From the NCBI GenBank assembly GCA_963813715.1, contig CAWFAK010000017.1:320001-384000 (forward strand): a stretch of 64,000 bases of DNA. The letters run 5' to 3'. The translations under genes and the position numbers were made by a program. Every line of letters starts with the position of its first letter. Position 1 is the first letter of the stretch. The stretch is from an uncultured Planctomycetaceae bacterium (lineage in GTDB: Bacteria; Planctomycetota; Planctomycetia; Planctomycetales; Planctomycetaceae). The notes beneath the pieces are model-generated. The model was not told the DNA's origin and ran no database searches. It saw only the letters and a program-made list of their open reading frames with translations. Positions 53,201 to 63,154 of this stretch are shown piece after piece.

Positions 53201-53623
53201 GCGCGGATGGACATCAATATCTTCACGCAGGTCGGGTTCGTCGTCTTGATCGGGCTGGCGTGCAAGAACGCCATTCTGATTGTCGAGTTCGCCAAGTCTG
53301 AGACCGAGCACGGTCACGAGCCGGGCGAGGCGACGCTCAAAGCGTGCGAGCTGCGGTTGCGGCCGATCGTGATGACGTCGTTTGCGTTCGTACTCGGCGT
53401 GGTGCCCCTGATGCTGGCCGAGGGGGCCGGAGCCGAAATGCGTCGCACGCTGGGGACGGCCGTGTTCTTCGGCATGCTGGGGGTGACGCTCTTCGGCATC
53501 TTCCTGACGCCCGTGTTCTTCTATGTCATCCGCCGCGTCACGCAACGGATGGAGGCCTACATGGAGGATCGACCGCCTCTCGCGCAGCCAGTCGCCGAAT
53601 CGGCGACCTTCTCGGGCCACTGA
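50286..53623 (+). CDS. HAE1 family RND efflux permease 2; apparent frameshift near 51570
   Basis: ORFs 50274..51614 and 51590..53623 join into a full-length paralogue with the DDAIVVVE, KNAILIVE and RLRPIVMTS motifs. Confidence 0.92.
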
Positions 53624-53698
53624 ACCTGTGGCGTGGCGTCGAGGCGTGCCAACGAAGACTTGGATTTGCGTCGCTCACGTTGGCTGCCGTGCGGCCAT

Positions 53699-54082
53699 TT
53701 ATTTCGTTAGCTGCTCGTTGACCCACTTGCCGAAATACGTGAACGAGTGGCCGCCGTTGGCTTCGGCGATGTTTGTCACGCGGAGCGCCTCGTCGCGGTC
53801 CTTAACCGCCACGCTGACGGAATAATGGCCGTTTTGCAGTTCCTGCACGCCAAAGTCGGCCACGGCCCGCTCGAAGTCGCCAAAAAACGAGACCGAGCGG
53901 AGGTTTTCCAGCATCTGGATGCCGTCAGGTCCGTGGAGCGAGCGAATCTTCGAATCGGGGAAACCGGCCTGATTGAGGCTCTTGGCGATGGCTTGCAGTT
54001 TTCCATTCGTGTCGACGAAGCCGATCACGCGCGATTCCGGAATCCCAAGCTGCTGGCCGTGATACGTCGTGGGTTGAATCAT
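53699..54082 (-). CDS. Hypothetical protein (127 aa)
   Basis: GGAGG RBS before ATG; globular-looking sequence MIQPTTYHGQQLGIPESRVIGF...FTYFGKWVNEQLTK. Confidence 0.65.
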   Translation of the reverse strand: MIQPTTYHGQQLGIPESRVIGFVDTNGKLQAIAKSLNQAGFPDSKIRSLHGPDGIQMLENLRSVSFFGDFERAVADFGVQELQNGHYSVSVAVKDRDEALRVTNIAEANGGHSFTYFGKWVNEQLTK

Positions 54083-54265
54083 TGCCTGAACCTCCGCTGG
54101 AAGCCCCGGGCGCAGTCGTCGCTCGAGGCGCCGTTGCCTCGAGGAATCGACGCGTTTCTGCGGGCCGGCCAGTGACTGTGCAACCGCCGTTCCAAGACCT
54201 GGCTTGGGAACACTGGACGGATGGTGTAACTTGGGGGAAACCACCTGCAGAATTGGATCTGGAAG

Positions 54266-54818
54266 ATGAGCTGTCGGACTTCGCTTTTGGTCGTGGCCCT
54301 CGCGTGCCTGACTCCGCTTTCCGCAATCGCGCAGCTGCCTGCCAACGCCGTGATCCTGGAGAAGGTCAAGATTCCGGAGAAGCAGAAGTCGATCGACCTC
54401 TGCCCGGTTTATCTCACGGCTTCGGATCCGAAGCTCCCGATCTGGGAATACAAGGGGGTCAAGTATCGCGGCAGCAAGGCCGACGCCCGCGAAAAATTTC
54501 TCAAGGACCCCGAAAAATACGCGAAGGCGGCCGAGAGGCAGCGGTTCGTCAACAACTTCATGCGGGCGATGAGCCCGGTCTGGTGCCCCGTCACCGATCA
54601 GGTCTCAGCTGGCGGAATGACCCAGTGGAAAAAGCTCGGCTACACGTGGGAGAGCTGCTGCAGCTTTTGCGACGAGAACGTCAAAGACGACGACTTTCCC
54701 GAAGCGCTCAAGCGATTGGCGCTCCCGTGCCGAGAAGACCTACGCTCTGATCGGCGCGAAATACACTGAAGGCGCAAAGAGCCCGGTCGACGGCGCGATT
54801 AAGAGGCCGAAGTCTTAG
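54266..54818 (+). CDS. Secreted YHS/TRASH-like domain protein; apparent frameshift near 54725
   Basis: Signal peptide; CPV...EYKGVKY...REKFLKDPEKY; second module CPVTDQ...CCSFC. Confidence 0.65.
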
Positions 54819-54857
54819 GTAGCTGAGGGCCGCGGCGCCGTCTTGCGGGCGGCAACG

Positions 54858-55997
54858 TCAATTCTTCGATTCCCCCGGGTCGATGGGGGCCGATCGCTTC
54901 GGTTCTTCGTCGATTCCTGGATCGCGGGGAGTGCTGGCGCTGTCCTTTGAGCGCGAAGGGGCGGGTTCCTTCAGTAGGCTTGGATTGGCACTGCCGGCGG
55001 GCGTTCCGCTAAAAGCTGGCGCATCGCTCCCCGATGATGCCGCTCCATAGGCTGAAGATTCGTCGGTCGCCGCGGCAAAGCTGCGTTGAGCCAGGCCGAC
55101 GGCAACCCCCGCCGGCACCAAACACGCGACGAGCACGACGACAAATCGCACCGCGGGCTTGAACCTTTGCACGGGCGGCAGCGCGAGCAAACCGCAAAGC
55201 ACCGGGGCCGCGATCAACAGCGTGAAATTCGTCGTCGTCAGCTCGCCGAAGAACTCCCCAGCCATCAACAGGCCGAATACGAGCACGGTGCCGATTCCAA
55301 CCACCCCCGTCATCGAATGTGCGCGGGCAAAAAGCAGGCAAACGAGCAGTGCCCCGGCTGCCACGCCGGCAAAGGGCAAGCCGATCATTCCGCCGGTGGC
55401 ATAGCCCGACAGCATGATAGTCGCGCCGGCCGCAGCGGAAATCACCCCCAGGGCCGCCGGCACAGCAAATCCTCCCGCCCGCTGAGCCGCCCAAACCAGA
55501 AGGCCCCAGACGGCCGCCAACAAAATTCCCAGACCCACAAGGTTGCGTAGCGCTTCTTGCTCGGTCCACGTCGAAGGCGCCGTGGGGTCGCCGCCGGGCG
55601 TCCATTTCGCTGGGAGCCACCCCGAGCCGAAAAGCATGAGGAAAGGAAGCGACAACGCGAGCAACAGACGCAAAGTCCGCCCGACCCAGCGCCGGCGCTG
55701 CCAGACAACGGCGAGAATCTCGACGATTCCGGCTGCCGGCAAAAGCACGAACAACAGCCGGTCCTTGTCTTCGACCGGCGGCGTGTTGGGTTTGATACCA
55801 AGCCACCAGCAGCCGATCCCCATTCCGCCGGCGACCGCCAGCACTTCGGCGAAAGTCGCGAGCCGCGAGCGGCGCATCGGCGTGATGGCGGCTGTGGCGA
55901 CCTTGCGCGCTGGCCAGACGCCGAGCAGCAGCATCACGAGAGCGGCGACGCCGCCCGCGGCGGCCGCCCCCTCGAGGATTAGCGTCGCGTCAGGCAT
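54858..55997 (-). CDS. Multi-pass membrane hypothetical protein
   Basis: About 10 hydrophobic segments; downstream of yceI on the same strand. Confidence 0.7.
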   Translation of the reverse strand: MPDATLILEGAAAAGGVAALVMLLLGVWPARKVATAAITPMRRSRLATFAEVLAVAGGMGIGCWWLGIKPNTPPVEDKDRLLFVLLPAAGIVEILAVVWQRRRWVGRTLRLLLALSLPFLMLFGSGWLPAKWTPGGDPTAPSTWTEQEALRNLVGLGILLAAVWGLLVWAAQRAGGFAVPAALGVISAAAGATIMLSGYATGGMIGLPFAGVAAGALLVCLLFARAHSMTGVVGIGTVLVFGLLMAGEFFGELTTTNFTLLIAAPVLCGLLALPPVQRFKPAVRFVVVLVACLVPAGVAVGLAQRSFAAATDESSAYGAASSGSDAPAFSGTPAGSANPSLLKEPAPSRSKDSASTPRDPGIDEEPKRSAPIDPGESKN

Positions 55998-56044
55998 TTC
56001 AGCGTTTCCTTTGCGAGCCGAGCAGGCCGGCGCGCACCACGCGA

Positions 56045-56623
56045 CTACTTTCGCGTCCCCTCAAAGCTGACCGCAGCATAGATCTTTTCGCCGAGGGCCG
56101 GCGTGATGGGGCCGATCCCGAAGTCGGCACGCCTCAACGTAAATTCCGCGGAAAATCCCACGCGAGTCACTCCCTTGGGAAACTCGGCCGTATGGCCGCC
56201 CACCAGCTCCAGCGTGACCGGCTTGGTGACGCCGTGCATCGTGAAGTCGCCGGTGACCTCATAGCCCCCCTTCACAGGACGGACGGCGGTGCTCTTGAAT
56301 TTCATCGCCGGGAACTGCTTGACGTTCAGAAAGTCTCCACTGCGAAGATGTTCGTCGCGCTTCTGGTTGTTGGTATCGATGCTGGCGGGATTGATGTTAA
56401 GCGTGAACGACGATTTTTCGGGGTTGACCGTGTCGATCGTGAACTCGCCGCCGAACTGGTCGAACCGTCCCTGGACCCAGGACAGTCCCAGGTGCGAGAT
56501 CTTGAAATTGACGCCCGCGTGCATCCCATCGACGGAATATTCGTCGGCGGCAACGGGCGAGACGAGACCAAGCGCAGCGGCCAGCGCGAGGCCGGCCATC
56601 GTGACGCAAACGCGACGAAACAT
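56045..56623 (-). CDS. YceI family protein
   Basis: Signal peptide, HAGVNFKISHLG, SIDTNNQKRDEHLRSGDFL, GDFTMHGVTKPV, RRADFGI. Confidence 0.93.
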   Translation of the reverse strand: MFRRVCVTMAGLALAAALGLVSPVAADEYSVDGMHAGVNFKISHLGLSWVQGRFDQFGGEFTIDTVNPEKSSFTLNINPASIDTNNQKRDEHLRSGDFLNVKQFPAMKFKSTAVRPVKGGYEVTGDFTMHGVTKPVTLELVGGHTAEFPKGVTRVGFSAEFTLRRADFGIGPITPALGEKIYAAVSFEGTRK

Positions 56624-56819
56624 CGACTTGCTCCGGATTTCGAGTGGGTCGCTCACGGACGTTCGACTCGCTCCCACGCGGGCGCGAGTGCCGTTTCGTA
56701 ACACGTACTCTAACGCCCGCGTCGCACGCCGCAAACAATGGCCGTGCGGGCGGGAAGCAAAAACTTGGCGGTCAAGAAGAGCGACTGCCGGTCGCGAAAA
56801 GTTGTGAAGAAACGGCAGC

Positions 56820-58087
56820 TCAGGCTGGCTGCGGGCGGCCGAGCCGCGCGGGAATCGACAAAAATCCCGTCGCCAGAAAGGGGTCGGTGTTGTCGGACCA
56901 GACGGTCAGCGGCGGAAACGACCCCTGCTGCGTGGTCAGCACGTCGTACGAACGGCCGTCGGCCGTCCCCAACCAGAAGCGCACCCCGTAATCCCCCGCC
57001 CGCAGCCCAATCGCCGGCAGCTCGAGGTCGATCGAGTACGTCGTCCCGGCCGTCAGCGGCTCAGTCGACACGACTTCGCTCACCGAAGTGATCGTCTCGT
57101 AGTGCGTCGCCGATTCCAACGAGAAGAAGTAGCGGAGGTTGGGGACGCTCTCGAAGACGTGGTACGTCGTGCGCAGGCGCACCGTTTCGCCGGCGCGAAA
57201 GTCCCACTTTTTGTCACCGTGGGCATCTTCCACGCTCACGTCGGTGAATCGCACCGCGCCCGTGCTGCGGTTGAGCCGGTCGCGCAGATTGGTGTTCGCG
57301 TCGACTTCGAGGCGGCACAACAGCTCGTTGTAGCGCCGCAACACGTCGGGCGTGGGGCCGTCCTGCACGAGTTGGCCATGGTCGATGAGGATCGACCGCG
57401 GGCAAAGTTGCCGAATGGCGCCCAGGTTGTGGCTGATGAAAAGCACGGTCCGCGCCTGCTGCGCGGCCGCCTCCATCCGCGAGAGGCACTTCTTCTGAAA
57501 GGACGCGTCACCGACGGCCAAGACTTCGTCGATGAGCAGGATGTCCGGCTCGAGGTGGGCGGCCACCGCGAAGGCCAGCCGGACGTACATCCCGCTCGAA
57601 TAGCGTTTGACGGGCATTTCGAGAAACTGGCTCATCTCGGCAAAGTCGACGATGGCGTCGAACTTGCGCCGGATCTCGTCCTTCCGCATCCCGGCAATCG
57701 CGCCGCTCAAGAAGATGTTCTCGCGGCCCGTGAGTTCCGGGTGAAAACCCGTGCCGACCTCCAGCAGCGTGCCGATGCGACCGCGAACGACGGCACTCCC
57801 GCTCGTGGGCCGCGTGATGCGCCCAACAGTTTGAGCAACGTCGATTTGCCTGCCCCGTTGCGGCCGATAATCCCGACGACTTCGCCAGGCCGAATCTCGA
57901 AGCCGACGTCCTTGAGTGCCCAGAGCGTCTCGGTGCCGCCGATGCGGGCCGGATCGCGAAGCCGGTCCCAGACGGCGGCTAACATCGACCGCGACCCGTT
58001 GCCCGCGCGTCCAGTACCGGTCTGCGGCCGGGCGGCGGCAATCTGGTAGCGCTTGGAGAGTCCGGCGGCCTCAATGGCGTTTCGCAT
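56820..58087 (-). CDS. Wzt-like polysaccharide ABC exporter ATPase with C-terminal domain; apparent frameshift(s) near 57790-57825
   Basis: [10 protein letters not shown], Walker [54 protein letters not shown]. Confidence 0.9.
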
Positions 58088-58384
58088 TAATGACTTCAGT
58101 CGATTTCGAGTCGGCTTTTTTTTCGGAGCGGTTTGCGATCTCGAGGCTCGTGAACGGGCAGCTCCCGGCTCGATCGACCGCCAAACGTAAACCTCTGGAT
58201 CAATTGAGACTTCGATAAAGTCCACAAGCGGCTCGACAGCCGGTCGCGTCATTTATTTTAGCACGGACGCTCACGGTTCACTCGGCGGCGATCGTTTCCC
58301 GAATTGGGCATGGTTCTTGGCGTTGCGTGTTCCCTGGGCGAATTGCCGAAAAAGCCCTCCGAGCGTGGCGTGGGAGATAGTCAA

Positions 58385-58564
58385 ATGAGAGAATTCGTCA
58401 TCGAACGCACGAACGAAATGAAGCGGGAGTGGTGGACGGGTTCGGACTGGACCGAGGACGAGCATGAGGCTCGCTGGTACCGGGAGGAGCCCGATGCCCC
58501 CAGCGAAACTCAGGACGAAAACGCCCGCGCCGTCCGTCACGCAGCCGGCGTGATCGACGACTAA
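58385..58564 (+). CDS. Putative 59-aa acidic Trp-rich small protein
   Basis: GGGAG RBS; MREFVIERTNEMKREWWTGSDWTEDEHEARWY... Confidence 0.5.
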   Translation: MREFVIERTNEMKREWWTGSDWTEDEHEARWYREEPDAPSETQDENARAVRHAAGVIDD

Positions 58565-58615
58565 CGGCCGCTCATCAGTTGGACTGAGAAGGGGACGATG
58601 CCACCGCCGGGCTCG

Positions 58616-59527
58616 ATGGACATCGTACTCCTTCTCGTCTCCGGAGTGGCGACCGGCGCGGCCGGCGCCGTCCTCGGGACGGGCGGCGGTGTGTTCCTGA
58701 TCCCCATTCTGCTGCTCGGCTTTCATGTGCCGATGCACAACGCGGTTGGCACCAGCATCTTGACCGTCGTGGCCACTTCGACGGCCGTGGCGATCGGAAA
58801 TCTCGATCGGGGCACGGCCAACATGCGTCTGGGGATGACGCTCGAGATCGCCACCTCCATTGGCGCGTTGACCGGTGGACTGTCAGCGGCCTTCCTTCCG
58901 GCGCGCGCTCTGGAGATCGTGTTCGCTGCCGTGCTGTTGCCGACGGCCTTTGTGATGTGGCGACAGCGGCACGGCGAGGCCGACGCGGCAGAACCCAAAC
59001 CGACCGGACCCACCCAAGCGGCGACAGGTGCCGTCCTGCCGCTGCCCATGGAAGCGACGAGCGGTCTCACACCGCCTCAAAGCCCAGGACGGTTTACCGA
59101 TCGGCTATCCGCTGAGTATGAAGATCCGGTCCTGCACCGCCGCATTGCCTATCGGCTGCATCGCCTGTGGGCGGGCCTTTCGGTGTCTTTCGTGGCAGGA
59201 GTGATGTCCGGCCTGTTGGGGATTGGCGGCGGCGTGTTCAAAGTTCCCGCCCTCAACGTGCTCTGCGGCGTGCCGATCAAAGCGGCGGCCGCCACTTCCA
59301 CTTTCATGATCGGCGTGACGGCGGCGGCCAGCGCGTTTTTGTATTTCGGCCATGGCCAGGTTGATCCGAGCTACACGTCCCCGGTGGTGATCGGCGTGGT
59401 CGTCGGCTCCTGGGTGGGCGCGTATCTCAATCGCTTCGTTGGCGGTCGGGCCGTCAAACGGGTGTTTGCCGTGCTGTTGATCGGCGTCGCGCTCGAAATG
59501 TTCGGCCGCGGTCTCGGCTGGATTTAG
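58616..59527 (+). CDS. TauE/SafE (TSUP) sulfite exporter family protein
   Basis: LGTGGGVFLIP, AVGTS, GLLGIGGGVFKVP, PIKAAAATSTFMIGVT. Confidence 0.92.
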   Translation: MDIVLLLVSGVATGAAGAVLGTGGGVFLIPILLLGFHVPMHNAVGTSILTVVATSTAVAIGNLDRGTANMRLGMTLEIATSIGALTGGLSAAFLPARALEIVFAAVLLPTAFVMWRQRHGEADAAEPKPTGPTQAATGAVLPLPMEATSGLTPPQSPGRFTDRLSAEYEDPVLHRRIAYRLHRLWAGLSVSFVAGVMSGLLGIGGGVFKVPALNVLCGVPIKAAAATSTFMIGVTAAASAFLYFGHGQVDPSYTSPVVIGVVVGSWVGAYLNRFVGGRAVKRVFAVLLIGVALEMFGRGLGWI

Positions 59528-59539
59528 GTGCGAACGGGA

Positions 59540-59925
59540 ATGACCGACAAATTGTCAACAACCGAATCCGCAGACCAACGCGAGAGTCGCCTCGCCCGCG
59601 CGGTGAGCTGGACGTTGACCACCGGACTCACGGCCAGCGTGGCGCTCATGCTGCTCGGCGGGGCGTTCCTTCTGAAAGGGACGGCCGCCGGGAATCACGC
59701 TGAGAATCATCCCGAGAAGGGCTGGCTCGCGCTGCCGCTCCGCGCCCTGCACGGCGATGGGACGGCGCTGCTGGCCCTCGGCCTGGTCGTGCTGATGCTG
59801 ACTCCCGCGGCCCGCGTGCTCATTTTGGCCGTCGGCTGGGCGCGGATCGGGACTGGACCTTCAGCCTGATCGCCTTCTGCGTGCTCGTTCTCCTGAGTCT
59901 GAGCGTCGTCTTGGGCACCGGCTAG
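59540..59925 (+). CDS. DUF1634 family membrane protein; apparent frameshift near 59850
   Basis: LGLVVLMLTPAARV motif; usual partner downstream of TSUP. Confidence 0.75.
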
Positions 59926-59987
59926 CGGCCGAAAGCTGCTCCACGGAAACGGCAAAATCCGCCGCTCGGCGAAGCAAAAACCTTAGG

Positions 59988-60016
59988 TTGTCAGCCCCGG
60001 TCCACTCCCCTATGAT
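59988..60016 (+). promoter_or_regulatory. Sigma70 promoter of tRNA-Phe
   Basis: TTGTCA-N17-TATGAT, 30 bp upstream of the tRNA. Confidence 0.75.
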
Positions 60017-60045
60017 TTTGACCTTATTGCGGTCCCCCGCAATCG

Positions 60046-60118
60046 GGACAGGTAGCTCAGTTGGTAGAGCACAGGACTGAAAATCCTGGTGTCGGCGGTT
60101 CAATTCCGCCCCTGTCCA
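60046..60118 (+). tRNA. tRNA-Phe(GAA), CCA not encoded
   Basis: Acceptor stem GGACAGG/CCTGTCC, D-arm GCTCAGTTGGTAGAGC, anticodon loop CTGAAAA, T-loop GGTTCAATTCC. Confidence 0.97.
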
Positions 60119-60328
60119 CTCCCACGTTCCCCGTCGACGATCCTGCGGGCGTTCTTCGAGCCGGCAATCTTGCCGGAGCCGAAGGCGGAGAAACGCGCTC
60201 GGGCGACGATCAACATCTATCTGACGTCACTTTACACCACAACTCCCGGCCAGGACGCAACGGACCAGCCCTTCTACGGCGACTTGTCGGACCTGGTTCG
60301 TGCGGCACGCAGCTTGGTAGGGGCTTCC

Positions 60329-61738
60329 TCATTTCGCATCAGCGGCCGCTTCAAAGCTCAGGCTCGCAACGATCTTCTCGAAGACCGGCCTTGCATCCTC
60401 AAACAGCGACGCCGGGCACTTGCAGATCACGGTCAACTGATGCGCTTGATTGAGGGCCGTCGCGCGACAGCCCCTGATCTCCGTGCTGAAAACTCCCTCC
60501 GTCGCTGTGAAATCCGAAATTTGTGCCTCGCCGTACCCTTTCGTCTTGATGCCCCGAGATCGCGGCGCCTCGTTGTACGACTTGAAGTTTTCGGATGACT
60601 TATCGCGCAGGTATTCGTGGATCTGTTCGGCGGCCGGCGCATCACGCCGGGCCGGCGCGGCCTTTTTTCGCATGGCGACGACGGCCTCTCGAATTGCGCC
60701 GCCCGTCAGGTTCTCGCTGATTTCGACCGAGAGCCCGCCGTCGGTGAACCCGGCCCACACCGGGCCGACGTTCTTGCCTCCGCGGAACCGCTGTTTCCAA
60801 TCCGCGGGCACTTCGCAACTCAGCACCGCCTCGAAGCTCTTTGGACTGAACACGACATACGCTGGGGGCGCCGCGTACGGAGTCGCCTGCCTCGGTCCAC
60901 GAAGAAAGTACGCGCCGCCGGCAACAAGCGCGACCAGGCCAATCAATCCCGCGATGGGCAGGACTCGCCCCAGACCGATTGAGGTCGACGTTTTCGCGCT
61001 GCGTTCGACTTTGCCGGCGGCCTTCGACTGCGGTTTGGCAGTCCGTTTCGGTTCGACCGCCGACGGTTTGGATTGAGTGGTCGGAGTGGCGGCATGCTCC
61101 ACGACTTTTTTAGGCGAGGCCTTCGGGGGCGTAACGTGCCGACTGGAGACGGAGGGCGGCGCTGTGGTTGCCACTCGTCTCTCCGCAACCATCGACCCTG
61201 AGCTTTGGAGAGTCATTCGGGCGCCGGCATTTGACGCTGCCTTCGGAAGCGCGGACTCATCCTGGGAAGGCGGCTCGGGCGAGGACACTTGGAAGGCCTC
61301 AACGGGAGCGACTTCGGTGGGAGAGGCTTCGATGGGAACGACCGGGTGCGTGTCGCCACCTAAAATGGCCGTTGAGTCCAGCGCGCTCGAAGAGTCGGCG
61401 GGCTGCTCGTCCGCCGGCGTAAACGCCAAAGGATCCGACTCGCTGCTGAGATCGATCCGGAAAGTCAAATCGTCGATCGAAATCGTGTCGTCGTGCAGCA
61501 GGATCGATTCATGCTTGCCGACGCGATGTCCGTTGACGAGCGTCCCGTTCGTGCTGCCGAGATCGCGAATCCGAAGCGTGTACTCGTCCAGCAGCAGGAC
61601 GCAATGATGGAGACTGACCGATTTGCTATCCAGCCGCAGCTGACAGTCCGTTTCGCGACCGATGAGCAGTTTGCCAACAGGCACTCGGATCGTTTCGCCC
61701 GACAAAGGCCCTCTGACGACCCGCAGTTTCGCGTCCAT
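60329..61738 (-). CDS. FHA domain membrane protein
   Basis: LIGRETDC, VSLHHC, IRDLGSTNGTLVNG; low-complexity linker, single TM, C-terminal domain. Confidence 0.88.
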   Translation of the reverse strand: MDAKLRVVRGPLSGETIRVPVGKLLIGRETDCQLRLDSKSVSLHHCVLLLDEYTLRIRDLGSTNGTLVNGHRVGKHESILLHDDTISIDDLTFRIDLSSESDPLAFTPADEQPADSSSALDSTAILGGDTHPVVPIEASPTEVAPVEAFQVSSPEPPSQDESALPKAASNAGARMTLQSSGSMVAERRVATTAPPSVSSRHVTPPKASPKKVVEHAATPTTQSKPSAVEPKRTAKPQSKAAGKVERSAKTSTSIGLGRVLPIAGLIGLVALVAGGAYFLRGPRQATPYAAPPAYVVFSPKSFEAVLSCEVPADWKQRFRGGKNVGPVWAGFTDGGLSVEISENLTGGAIREAVVAMRKKAAPARRDAPAAEQIHEYLRDKSSENFKSYNEAPRSRGIKTKGYGEAQISDFTATEGVFSTEIRGCRATALNQAHQLTVICKCPASLFEDARPVFEKIVASLSFEAAADAK

Positions 61739-62023
61739 GTTTGTGGCACCGCCTTCTACAGAAGGTCAATCGGGCTCAAGACCTAAAGTTCCTCCAACTT
61801 CGCTATGGCAGGTGTGAGCAGGCTGATTAGGAAGGCACCCTACGGGCGGGATATTTCGATTCGGTGAGTCGCGTATGTAATTTGTGTGAAGTGCTCCCGC
61901 GAACGATCCCGACGCATCGTGTCGCGGGACTTGCTCGACTCGGCCACGTAGCGGAGGACGCCTCTGCAATCCGCGACAAGTCTTCCGTTGAGAGAAAACG
62001 CTCTCAGCTCCTCCTCGCGCCGA

Positions 62024-63154
62024 TTATTGCGTCGGCAGGCTGAAGCCCTGCATGTCGAAGCGGTTGCAGAGCAGATACATGACGGGCAAAGCGGTGCCGC
62101 TGCCAATCGACTGGATGCTCTGACTGAGGTAGCACACCGAACCGTCGCACAGAGCGATGTGGGCGCCGGCGTCGTGTCCCGAGCTGATGTCGCCCGGATA
62201 GCCTACCCGGAAAACGACGGTCGGGACGGGCGCGATCGTCGCGGTGCCGGTCCAGCCGAGCCCGTTGCCGTTGATGCCGAACAACGGGGTGAAGCAGACG
62301 TCGGAAGCCACGGTGTTGCCCGAGGTCTCCGGAACCCCCTGGCCGCCGGTTCCATCGGCATTGGCCCAGTAGGCATAGCAAGTTTGCCCGGCATTCTCGG
62401 TGCAGATCGTGTTGCTCGAACCGGTCGAGCAGGTGGAACCTCTGTGCTCAGCGAGAAGGGCCGTATGCGATGTGCCGTCGAAGATGTCCGCGACGCGGAC
62501 GTGGCTGTCCTGGAACATCACGCCGCCGTTGTCAACCGAGGGATTGGTCACCCGGTCGATGACATTGATGTTGTCGGTCGCCGCGCTCCAAGTCCCGATG
62601 CCGTCCGAGAGTCCCGGCCGGAGCGGAGCCGCAGTTAAATTGGGCGCGCCGGAATTGGCGAGATAATTCGAAACGGCGCCCGCCGTGGGCCGATCCCCCA
62701 TGTCGCCGGGCGCGCCGAACAAAGTGTTCGCAGCGGTGCCAGCGCAGCGGAACCCGGACGTCTGGCTCACGTCGCCGGACGACGGGCACTTGAAGAGCGC
62801 CAACGGAAGTTTGATCTGATCGATATTACGATTTGGCGCCGCCCCCGTTGTGTCGGTCATCAGGGCATTGAAGTTCACGAGATCGTGAATCAGACCGAAC
62901 TCGATGTAAGGCAACAGCAGCATTCCCCACGAGGCCTGATTCTCGGCCATCCACCCGCAGGGGAAGACGTGATTCGTGTCGTGATAATTGTGGCAGGCCA
63001 GCGCCAGCTGCTTGAGATTGTTCTTGCAGGCGGTCCGGCGTGCCGCCTCGCGGGCGGCTTGCACGGCCGGGAGCAGCAGGGCGATCAGAATCGCCATAAT
63101 CGAGATTACGACCAGCACTTCGACGAGCGTGAATCCGTTCTTACGTCCGGTCAT
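62024..63154 (-). CDS. DUF1559 prepilin-type N-terminal cleavage/methylation domain protein
   Basis: [54 protein letters not shown]9-DG motif [14 protein letters not shown]. Confidence 0.95.
   Translation of the reverse strand: MTGRKNGFTLVEVLVVISIMAILIALLLPAVQAAREAARRTACKNNLKQLALACHNYHDTNHVFPCGWMAENQASWGMLLLPYIEFGLIHDLVNFNALMTDTTGAAPNRNIDQIKLPLALFKCPSSGDVSQTSGFRCAGTAANTLFGAPGDMGDRPTAGAVSNYLANSGAPNLTAAPLRPGLSDGIGTWSAATDNINVIDRVTNPSVDNGGVMFQDSHVRVADIFDGTSHTALLAEHRGSTCSTGSSNTICTENAGQTCYAYWANADGTGGQGVPETSGNTVASDVCFTPLFGINGNGLGWTGTATIAPVPTVVFRVGYPGDISSGHDAGAHIALCDGSVCYLSQSIQSIGSGTALPVMYLLCNRFDMQGFSLPTQ

Noticed and set aside
45158..53620. Long antisense ORFs over the RND operon (likewise over moxR, iorB, sppA and gfo)
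   Set aside because: Expected shadow ORFs from high-GC codon bias; no family motifs
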